From assembly GCA_002633005.1 (NCBI GenBank), contig NMRA01000889.1:1-64000 (forward strand): a DNA stretch of 64,000 nt. Direction: 5' to 3'. This document shows, piece by piece, positions 12,401 to 24,400 of the stretch (the first letter of the stretch is position 1; every line of letters starts with the position of its first letter). Source of the DNA: Phoronis australis. Lineage: Eukaryota; Animalia; Phoronida. A program made the position numbers and the translations under genes. Under the pieces are notes generated by a model, which was not told the origin of the DNA, ran no database searches, and was given only the letters and a program-made list of their open reading frames with translations.

Positions 12401-15400
12401 AGATTTCTGGTCATGCGTTGATGATTACACACTGGAATAATTTTTTATTGCCTGGGTAAGTTAGTAACATTTGTTCAGTACTTTTATACACTTGACAATT
12501 TTCATGTTGGTTTAAAACAACAAATTTGCAAACATTGTTATTGTTGCTTCTCGTGTTTATTTATTTCCAGCTAATTTTCCTGTTATTCCTTAGCTGCAAC
12601 CTTAGTTACATGGCTATGTTATGTTCCATGGACTGGCGTTTGCAGGAAATGTATGATTGCATATAGGATATTGAAATTGTGATCATTGGCTGAGGAAAAT
12701 GTAGTGATATTGACAGTCACTTACAGGGGTCACACATTTTTGAAACCAGTTTTCTCCTCTGAATAAGGGCAGCAAACTGGTTCTCAAAATTCGGATTCTC
12801 TGTAAGTGGCTGTTGTCAGTAGTTAAGGAGTTTGTGCAAAAATTATACCAGCGTTTTCATGACCCATTCCCTAATATGCGCGTCTTCACGCTCTGGGGAA
12901 AATGGTAATTATTGTATGCAGTCCTTTCTCACATTTAATTGTTTCTCTTTACATTTGTTGACAGGCTGCAGAAACAGGCAGTGGAAAGACTGGCGCTTTT
13001 TGTATCCCGATCATTCAAATTGTGCATGAGACACTGAAAGACATGAAAGAAGGAAAAGGAACAAAGACGATGTCTGGAAAGAGCGGCAGCGGTATGGGTA
13101 AGGACTTTGCTTCAACTCAGAGTTATCCAAGTCTAGAATGTTTTCCCTTCAACATTTCCTGGCATGATTGTTTGTGTTCCAAGGGAGCCAGGTAACATGG
13201 AAGTAGCTTTCTTATCTTCATCAGGTATCTGAATCTGATACTTGTGGTGTAAATTAATAGAAACTGTAAATCTTGTTGGAAGTACACATCAAGGCAACTT
13301 AACGTGAAGTTCATTGTCAATTGTTTACAGCGAAACTCGTGTAAAGATCACTTAAAATTTGCGGTAAAAATTCTCCAGTTTGGCACTCATAGTGAATGAT
13401 TAATTAGTTTGTTCAAGGTCAAATTTTAGGAGTAGACAATTTTGGTCGTCCCAAATTTAAAAATTATGATCAATGACAGATGATCATTCGTCTCGACGTT
13501 ACACACTATTGGGATGTATGAAAAGATTGCGTTGGCAACTATTTTTGATGATTTTATGAACTGACAAGTCTACTTTCAGTCTGTTGATACAAAGCAATTT
13601 CTGAAATTTTAGAAACATGATGAACCCCAAAACCGACTGTATCCCAATCTATAGAACCAAGAAAATTCAATTTCTGCTTGAATTTCTGTGACCCAAATTT
13701 TGGAGACTGTCCCAAACTAGAGAATTTTTACCATAACCAGTTGTCACGCATGCACTCAAAATGTTGTTCCCTCTCATATTTGTTTTCGTTTTCGGAGAGG
13801 TTTTTTTCAGTTTTTTGTCTTGAATGCTGGAAACCATTCATGACTGCTCTCTTTTCCTTATCAAAGAAAGACTGTTTGAAGCTGCAGATAACTTGTTATT
13901 TCAGTTAAAACGAGTCGTTTATGATGTAAACTGATGAGTCGTTTATGATGTTACCGTGTAGGTAAACAGGGGTGGAAGATGAACATGTTGGACCGTGGCG
14001 AGGCCATGGCTATTGACCCAGATGGCCTGCTCTGCCAGAGCCGGGATCAGCGCGGATGGCATGGCACACGCTCTACAAAGGCTGTGACTGGCAGTGGTAG
14101 GTGGTTACTTTGGTCAGTGGTAGGTGGTGACTTTTGATCAGCCTGTTTTGTCTCCTGCAATAACTGACTGTCTTACTTTTTGGTAGTAACAAGTCATGGG
14201 AAAAATTTAGTTTATGGAATATGGTAGTTTATGTTTTCCTGCTTTGTAAAGTGATCTTGAATTGCATAGTGTTTTTGTGTCGCGCTTCCAACACTTGGAT
14301 GTTAAGTTGCACTGCGGAACAACGTGATTACAAGCAGCTTCCCAAAGTTCACTCTTCTAATCTGTGAAATGATAAATTAGGATCAGAAACACACCCGTAA
14401 CATTTGCTATGAGGGGAGGATGAAATACAAAATGTCGCTCTATCAACTTTGCCAACGTTATTCTATCAGTACCACAACCCACAATCATGGTACCCAACAG
14501 GCATTTCAGGTTATGTAGGACCTAGAAAAATGTAAAATGGCCAAATTCAGAACAACATAACTCAGAAAAGACTGGTTGGATTTATATGGAACTTTCAGAT
14601 ACTATTCTTTATGGACCGTTCTACTCAACGCTATTGGGAACTGTTTTAAAAACGTTCCATTTTTCTACGAAGGGTTATCTAAAATTGGACTTTTGTTGTT
14701 TTCATAAAAAACTCGACAGTTTTACAAAACGGAAATGAAATGATAATTTAGAAAATTGTAGAACTATTAGGATTTCATCTTGAACATTAATTTTATATTG
14801 TACAAAATTTGGCCATCTTCTTAATAACATTATTTTGTAATCGATGTACCTTAGGTTTTTGCTAATTTTACAAAAAGACATGGTTGCATGACCCAATTAA
14901 TGTGAAGTCGATGAAAATTCAAAAATCAAACTCTATAGGATTTCTGCTTTCAGAAAGTGTATACTTTTGTTGGGTAAAAGCTAAATTTTTTGTGCTTATA
15001 TGGCTAAGTACACAAACATGGCTATATCTGATAAGGTCCTGCCGTACATAGCCTTAAAATATTAGTGAGAGCTTTGCAGTAGTTAAAAATTGCTCGTCGC
15101 ACCATTCTCACGATGTATTTGTATCAGGTAAATATTACTACGAGGCTACAGTCACAGATGAAGGACTATGTCGTGTTGGTTGGTCTACTGACAAAGGCAC
15201 TCTAGAACTGGGTATCGACAAGTTTGGGTATGGCTTTGGTGGAACGGGCAAGAAGTCATTTGGTCGCCAGTTTGATGATTATGGAGAGGTAACGCATGTT
15301 ATGGTAACAGATCTTGCTATGATTTGTTACTGGCATTTGACACTTTTATTGAGACGTACCCTAAAGTCTTAGCTGTGATTCGTTGAGTTGTGGTTATAAT

Positions 15401-18400
15401 CTTTTTTCAGCTTTATTTTTTGTCATTTTTATGCGCCCACATATTTATATGTGGACGCATTATGCCGTCATCTCCGTCCGTCTGTCCGGCGTCCGCTGCT
15501 CTCCAAAACGGCTGGACGTATGTTCATGAAATTTTGGACATGTGTTTCTTGCGTGGATGGGACGGCATGAGCGACCTTTCGGACGGATCCGACTACCGGT
15601 GTGCCCCCTAGTGGCAATTTTAGTTTTTTACATTTACCTTCAAAAGTCCTGATCGGATAAAATTTGGTGTATACGCATCTATGAGTGAGATGACGCTATC
15701 CTCTCGTTTTCGGATGGATTCTACGTAGTTTGCGCCACGTAGTGGCCATTTTTACTGTTTTTGAGTCTGTTTTTTTTGCGTCCACCCCTCTATCAACCAA
15801 ACTGCTCATAGGATGATTGTGAAATTGGCATGTATGTTTTTACTATGAATTGGACGGCTGACGATTATTTTCCGACAACTTCGACTACTGTGGCGCCTCC
15901 TAGTGGCAGTTTTTTGTGCTCATGGCTGTATCTCCTAAACCGTTTGCAGGATCTTTACTTAATTTAACATGTGTATTTATATGATGTTGACAACGGACGA
16001 TGACGACTTTCAAACGGATCTGACTACTGGTGTGCCCCCTGATGGCAATTTTAGTTTTTTACATTTACCAGTCTGTATCTTCAAAGGTCCTCAACAGATT
16101 TTCATGAAATTTTGAATATAGGCATCTGTTGGTGAGATGATGCTATTATCCTATTTTTGGATGGAATCGAGGTATTTTGCACCAATAGTGGTCGTTTTTG
16201 CTGTTTTCAAATCTTGTTTTTGGCGTCCACCCCTCTATCAACCAAATCATTCCAGGGATGGTTTTGAAAATTGCTGTATATGTTTTCAGTTTGAAGAGGA
16301 CGTTTGATGATGGCGACTGACTACTGTGGCACCTCCTAGTGGTAGTTTTGTTTTGTTTTGCGCCCATAGCTATATCTCCTAAGCCCACTGCAGGATCTTT
16401 ATTAAATTTAGTAAGTGTATTTATATGAAGACTTTCAGGTGGATCCAAAGGACCCTGTGCCCACAAGTGGCAATTTCATTTTATTCTGTTTTTCTTTTTT
16501 TCTCTGAAGATACTTGACAGATTTTTATGAAATATGGCATGTTCTCGTTTTTGGATAGATTGTAGGTTTTTGCGCCATCTAGTGGCCATGTTTATGATAC
16601 AAATAAATAACCCTAAAAGCACACCATCTGTGTTGCATTCGTGGGCACATTTCAACACTCTGTGTTGCTCTTGTTTCTGTTTTCATTGTCACTTGGATGA
16701 TGTTTTTTGAGTTTCAACAATACTCGACGTCAACCTTTCGTTCTAAAAAGTAGTGCTGTCTGTGATTTTGTTTCAGCCGTTCGGAATGCATGATGTGATC
16801 GGCTGTATGTTAGATTTGGACAACAATATCATCAAGTGGTCCAAGAATGGTAAGAGGATTGAGCTGAACATGTCAGTTACACTTTAATGGTTGCAAATAT
16901 TATTCATCCATAGTAATAATGATCTAACAGCATTCTCCTTATAATTCCAAATACTGTAGTCCATGATAGTACGGAGAATGGCACTTATGTCAAAATGCGT
17001 CCCGAGTACAACCCAGGTTGAGAGCCATGACAGAGCGGCTGGCAGACATCCCACTTTTACAGCCATAAAGTGGTGCATAACCTACATGTCAGGACACGGG
17101 GTTGGGAGAAATGGACATTTTTGAGAATTTCTGATGGCACACAAAAAATAACAGAGCGGCAGTTTCACACCAAATGTCTTATCGAGTTCGCCATACGCCT
17201 GAGGTCTAGGGCAACACGAAGTTTTGCCATGATCAGCGTAGCTGTCTCGTAGTCTTTGTGGTTGGTTACAAAATTTCACTTGGGGTATTTGAGTGTATAA
17301 GTACCCGACCCAAAGGCATAACCTCTGGGATTAAGAACCATGCCGTACAGGTTCACCGACATCTCTCACAGAACATGACACTTGTGTAGAATAGAAATCA
17401 TGAAGATAACACAAAACAACATGTGTTTAACAAAATGGCTGACCACTGATTCTAGCGACAACTATTGGCTCGGTTAAACATTGCAACTTGTCTAATGAAA
17501 CACTTTGCTGTATCACTGTATTTTACATTGCCACTGATTGTCAATCTTGATTCATCAATTTGGCTTGTCTGCATCTTAGCGTATATCTCACAAAACATAC
17601 AGTTTAAGAAAGTAACCACATTGGAGTAGGGCTGGTCCCGCCACTGGAACTTTACTTGACACTCAGTTTGCTAATTGGCCAGTTGCACTGCATGAAATTG
17701 GAAATTTGTCTACTTCTGCTTGGTTACTTTTCAAGTCAAGTCATTATAAAGTTTAGTGGTAGTGAGTCCCAGAGTACATACTCTAAGGCTTGTAGCTTGC
17801 CAGTTTGGCGATGTTGTGGAAGATCACGCTAGTGAAAGGCGAGGTCTCCAGAGTTTCAGCATGAAGGGTGCGACCTAACAATTGAACGAATGGTGGCTAC
17901 TGAAAGCGATTGTTTAGCTAGGCATCAATTTTGATTTATTTACTGGAACAAAAACTCACAGTTTCTTTTGCATATGCCAAGGTTTCTGGTTGTAAATAAA
18001 GTCAATAAGTCTGATCTCAAGCAATGGTGAGCAGCCTGTCAGTTTTGTATGAGCAATTGTGGTCTGCGCAAGGAATTTGTCGAAGTGAGTTATAGTGATC
18101 TTATACTAGAGTTTATATTTTTGACAGATTGCAGGTGCGTAGCAGCCTCAGGTAATTAATTGAAGGCCATTTTACTAATTTTTGTGCAAATGAAATGTGT
18201 TTTCTTAGTTTTACCTGTAAACCTTTACTCTTCCTTTGCAGGCAGCGACTTGGGTAAAGCCTACGACATTCTACCCCATCTGAGCAATGCCAACTTTTAC
18301 GCAGCTGTCGTCCTAAAGAATGCCGAGATGTCGTTTAATTTTGGCGGGACTCCGTTGAAGTATACACCCAAGGTAAAACTTGACACAACTCGACCTAGTA

Positions 18401-21400
18401 TAAGGAAACAAAAAAATTTATTGCCGTCTTATTTCTTAAGGACTATTCAAGAAAGAGTAATGTCTGTGAATGAAATTGTTTGCTGGATTCCGTTTTTAGT
18501 GAAACCGTGATGGCACGACTTTCTTCCAAAGTAAAGCTCTCTCTGGATACATGAATTTGTCGTCGCAATTGTGTCCTCCATGAGAAGGCTGCTACTTCAC
18601 GGTTTCCTCAAATGCTAATTTTGTTGACCATTATAGGGTTACACTCCCCTATCTCAGGCTGCCAAACAGTTCACAGTTGACTCCACCGTCTGTGGTGTGT
18701 CGGTTGGCCCTACCAAGGCTGCTCCCAATGCACCATACGCAGTTATCATTGAGGTAAGGACTTCTTTGTGACCACAGTTCCCATTCTTTGACATATTTGC
18801 TGTATTTACATGCTGAAATTTTGCAACTACATTCAATTTGTACTTTCCAAAACTTCTGGACAGATCATTGGCAATTGTTTTCCAAACACATAGCAAGTCT
18901 GACATCATCATCAGAATAATTGCAGTATGCTGTAACAGGTAACTTTCGAAGTAGCCGTGCCATTTTGAAATTCAGATGGTGATCAAGTCTTTGTTGGGCA
19001 AGTGTTCAGTGCCACATACAGATGCTATGTAATGTGGATGTGAGGTTTCAACCTACTGGTATATAAAGTGTTTTCACCTTTCCTGCCATTACAGTTCTTG
19101 TAAATTTTCTCTGCTGTGTGGTGAAATTTACTAATGTCTTATGAAAAAGGCTAACCTTTTGAAATGTCAATGGATGAATAAGGACATTGTATTCCATACA
19201 TTTCCCACTGCGAAGAATATACTAATAAAACAATGAGAGGGGCTGACAGTGGAATATATTCTTATGCTTTTAAATTAATGAACAATTATTAGTAATTGAG
19301 TTTTTGTCCACCAAATATGAGTCAGGATCAATGGGAAGTCGCTTTCCTGCTCTCATTATACTAGAGAGCGCCAACGTGAAAAGTCCCGTATCGTTGATGT
19401 CATACCCACTGTTTGATGGCAATATACTCATTTGTGATGATGTACTCATTTGTGATGATGTCATACTCTTTTCTGACGATGTCGTACTTATTTGTGATGA
19501 CGTCAAACTCATTTCTGATGATGTCATACTCATTTCTAATGATGTTAAACTCATTTCTGATTATGTCTGACTCATTTCTGGTGATGTCATACTCATTTCT
19601 GACGATGTCATACTCATTTCTGATGATGTCAAACTCATTTCTGATGATGTCATACTCATTTCTGACGATGTCATACTCATTTCTGATGATGTCAAACTCA
19701 TTTCTGATGATGTCATACTCATTTCTGACGATGTCATACTCATTTCTGACGATGTCATACTCATTTCTGATGATGTCAGACTCATTTCTGATGATGTCAT
19801 CCTCATTTCTGATGATGTCATACTCATTTCTGATGATGTCATACTCATATCTGATGATGTCATGCTTTGCAGAATGATCTCACTACTTTACTTTTAATGA
19901 CCATTTGCTGTCCTACTAAAAACATTTACATGAAAATTGTAGCATTTTGTGTCAGTTTAAATCATTGGTTTTATTTTTTATGAGCAAGACTGTAAAGTTA
20001 TCTTTTAATTATTTCTTCTTTTTCAGCCATCCAGGGAGTTAGCAGAGCAGGTAATCTTGATTATCTAAAATCTGCAAAATGCGAGTTACTATTGGCTTTT
20101 GTGTTACCAGTTGTTATAATTGTTTTTTAAGCGTTTCCTGGCTTTTGAGGAACAACAACTTGCTTAGTTTAAATACAGCATAATCTCAAAGTAATCAAAA
20201 CATGTTCAAAGTTACAACAGCATGTTCATGACTATGTTAACAACTATGTGCTCATCCAAAGTTATAACACCATGTTCATCTTAACAACTCTGTGCTCATC
20301 AGAGGAAAAATGTTCTAAATCACTACAAATGGTCAATGATGCAGCGGTATGCCTGGAGTATGAAATCACAATATGGTGGTCAAGTGAACTTATTTGACTT
20401 GATCAAAAATGTTTTAATAAAGATAATTATTATGGATTGTACTGTGAAGATGTTGTTAAACGGTATTTGGTAAGTTTCCAGTATTTACAGCAATGTGATC
20501 AACCTTTGAAAAATAGAAAAAACAACCATTTTGACTATTATTTTGTGTGAAAATTAGTGAAGAATTACTGTTCAACAACAATATGCTTAGATATAAACAA
20601 CATGCTGAGAGCAACAAATAATAGCATGCCAAAAATGTTTTCTGTGTAAGAATAAAGTGTTCCAAATATATTACAGTTCATTATATTTAGTCTCTTGTCT
20701 TTTCATCCACCAAACAGTTTCTCATTGTCACCATTCTTATATCCCAATTCTTTTTTGACTGGTGATTTCAGACTCTGGTACAGATCCAAAAATTCAAGAA
20801 GTATTTAAGCAATCCAACTGTCAGGTATGTAATTGTTCTGTTTTATGAGCTCGTCCAGTGCTGATTGCCTGATTACTGAAGAGCCACCCACCTAGTGACA
20901 TAGGATGTATGTAGTGACAAAGACTTTGAGCTCCCCTGTCGTATAACTGGGTTCACTCCATGTATTCATTAGTTCACTGGTCTTAATTACATGACTTGAC
21001 CCTTGGTTTTCATACGCCAACATTCGATGTGGGTGATAATTGCTGTCATCTCTGTGCTGCGTCTGTTCATCCGGTGTCTGGAATTGTATCTCCTGTTGTA
21101 GGAGGTTCTTGAAATTTGACAATTATGTTAACTTTGTATTAACATGTAAGTATCACCTGCCAATAGACCTGATGACTGTTGTGTCTCCTACAGTTAGTGG
21201 CTTTCATTTTTCACTTCTGCGGATCCGCTTAATTTTGAAGGATTGTTATGAAATTGGGCGGATAAGTTCATATCTTGCAAGTGATAAGGTGAAATAGATA
21301 ACAAGCACTTTGGCACTAATTGGTGTCATGTTTACAATATATAGAGACATCCAAATGTTTTGAGTGGAAACAAAACATACTAGTAAGGTGAAGTTTCCAG

Positions 21401-24400
21401 TCATGCTAAGCATCAGAGTCTAAATGAGCAACAGAGCAGTGTTGTATCATTGTTTTCAGTCATGATGTTTTGAGTTAAAATGACTCTGTATATAATTTTC
21501 TTTCATTAAACGTGGCCTAAAGTGGGGGTGTTATCAAGAAGATAATAGATGAAATAACGTTTTGGAGGGATCTGACTGCTGCAGCGCCACCTAGTGACAA
21601 AATTTGAATGTTGTTGGTTGCCTATTGTTTGTTAAGAAGTTAGTGGGGAGCTGTCAAAATTGACACTGACGAATAAGAACATGTGGCTTCCTCGTTCAAT
21701 GCGAATCCTTCCCATAATTCTCAGCTGTTGTATGCCCTGGCCTAATTTTCAGACATCCATGAAAGGTCAGTCGCGATGTGTGTTGTTTGAACCATTGTCT
21801 ATGTATTTGGAAGTAGTATCTTGTCTTATTTATTATTAACAACCATTTTATTTCAGGGAACTTCTCATTATTGGCGGTGTTAGTGTGAATGAACAAGTGG
21901 AGAAGCTTAATCAAGGGGTAGGTTAAAGAATTTTAAAGTACAAAAAGTAATTCCCTTTTTGAGCCGTCAGGTTTCTCAAGCATAAGCAGATGAGTTTTTC
22001 AACTTCCCATGGACAGGACCCTAGTCCTTCGTAATCTTGTCTACGGCTACTGGAGTCCCTCTCTGGCGTGATTCTATATAGTGTATTTAAGATGTGTTCT
22101 CAAAAGAAGGAGATGATCTCCCCTGATTTATGGCATGCCCAATGTGAATGATAGCGATGTTCCTCTTGAGAACTTCCAGTGCTTTATTAACAGGTGGACA
22201 TTGTGGTGGGTACCCCTGGGCGTATGGAGGATCTCATCTCGACTGGCAAGTTGGCCTTGTCTCAAGTTCGATTCTTTGTGCTTGACGAAGCAGTAAGTCA
22301 CTTTCACGCTTTTTCTTCGCAGTTGTGTCGCTCACACTGATAGTATTGTAAAGCAGATAACAAGACGTCTCTTGTCAGAGTAAAACAAATGTGGAAATCC
22401 ACATGTGGTCTTTTGTAAGAGGGTTTATCATGTGGTCTTTTGTAAGAGGGTTTATCAAAAACAGAAAAGTTAAGTTTTGGTAAAAATGGTCTAAACTTTC
22501 AAGATCATGATTTTAATAAGTATGTTAATTAATAGAAAATTGTTTTAACACATGATTCATCTTAGTTTGTTGTTTCAGTAATGACTCTTATTGAGTGAGT
22601 GAATGAATGTCAGTGAGTGACAGGTGACTACATGTGTATGAGTGGCAGCTGTGTAACTTCTATGTGAGATTACCATTTGCTGTATTTGCGGTAAATGTAT
22701 TTCTGTTGTTGAAATAAATTTTAAAAAGTTACAGTTGTAATGTTCATCAGTATTGTCTTTGTCCAATTATTTCGCAGTATAGCAGTAATTTGTTGGTTTG
22801 TATCACCCCCTACAGGATGGTTTATTATCCGCTGGGTACACGGAACTGATCAACCGTGTCTATCAGCAGATTCCGAAAGTGACCAGTGATGGCAAGCGGC
22901 TGCAGATGGTCGTCTGCTCTGCCACACTTCACTCACCTGATGTCCGAAGATTGGCCGTAAGTTTCCAGTGAATATATAATAAATGTTTAGTGAAAACCAT
23001 GTGGCAACCCATTTGCTTAAATTGTTTCACCACCATTATGCCCGGGTAAATTATGAAGTTTGAAATTTTTATGCACCCACATATTTATAAGTGGATGCAT
23101 TATGCCGTCATCTCCGTCCGTCCGTCCGGCGTTCATTGCTCTATCTCCAAAACCGATTGACGTATGTTCATGAAATTTTGCTCATGTGTTTCTTTCATGG
23201 ATGGGACGGCATGAGTGAACTTTTGAACGGATCCAACTACTGGTGTGCCCCCTAGTGACAAATTTAGTTTTTTACGTTTAGCTCTGTCTCTTCGAAGGTC
23301 CTCAACATATTTGCATAAAATTCGGTATATAGGCATCTATTAGTGATGCAACGGTATCCTCCCGTTTTCGGATGGATTTGGTGTAGTTTGCGCCACCTAG
23401 TGGCCATTTTTACTGTTTTCGCATCTGTTTTTGATGTCCACCCCTGTATCAGCCAAACCGCTCTAATCATGATTGTGAAAATTAGCACGTACGTTTCTAC
23501 TATGAAGAGGACGGTTGACAATGATTTCCGACGACTTCGAGTACTGTGGCGCCTCCTAGTGGCAGTTTTGTTTTTTTGTGCCTATGGCTATATCTCCGAA
23601 ACCGTTTGCAGCATCTTTACTAAATTTAGTAAGTGCATTTATATGATGTTGACAATGGACGACCACTACTTTCGGACAGATCTGACGACTGCTGTGCCAC
23701 CTATTGGCAATTTTATTTTTTATGTTTACCTCTCTATCTTCAAAGTACCTAAACATAATTTCATAAAATTTGGCTTCTGTAAGTGAGGTGACGCTATCTC
23801 TCCCTTTTCAGATGGATTCGACCTAGTCTACGCCACCTAGTGGCCATTTTTACTGTTTTCTAGGCTGTTTTTGGGGTCCACCCCTCTATCAACCAAACCG
23901 CTTTCAGGAAATATTGAAAATTGGCATGTATGTTTTTACTATGAAGTGGACGGCTGACTATGATTTTCTGATGACTTCGAGTACTGTGGCACCTCCTAGT
24001 GGCAGTTTCTTTTTTGCGCCCATGGCTGTATCTCTTAAACTGTTAGCAGGACCCTTACTAAATTTAAGAAGTGTGTTTATATGATGTTGACAACGGACGA
24101 CGATGATTTTGGGATGGATTTGACTACTGGTATGCCCCCTGGTGGTAATTTTAGTTTTAGGTTTACTTCTGCATGTTCAAAGGTCCTGAACAGATTTTCA
24201 TAAAATTTTGAATACGGGTATCTATTGGTTAGATGATGCTGTCGTCCTGTTTTCGGATGGAATCATGGTATTTTGCGCCACCTAGTAGACATTTTTGCTG
24301 TTTTTGAGTCTGTTTGTTGGCGTCTTACCTCTCTAACAACCAAATCATTCTAAGGATGGTTTTGAAAATTGGCGTATATGTTCTCAGTGTGAAGAGGATG

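Noticed and set aside
13931-13960. CTGATGAG hammerhead-like core (also CTGAAGA at ~41369 and CTGATGA on minus at ~56110)
   Set aside because: No convincing stem II followed by GAAA with pairing stems I and III.
19270-19877. Met/Ser-rich ORFs (up to 154 aa) on both strands
   Set aside because: Artefacts of a 21-bp minisatellite in a DDX1 intron; the unit length is a multiple of 3.
20890-21130. Possible Penelope GIY-YIG remnant on the minus strand
   Set aside because: Only vague fragments (GDT..., EPSY..G); not supportable without a search.
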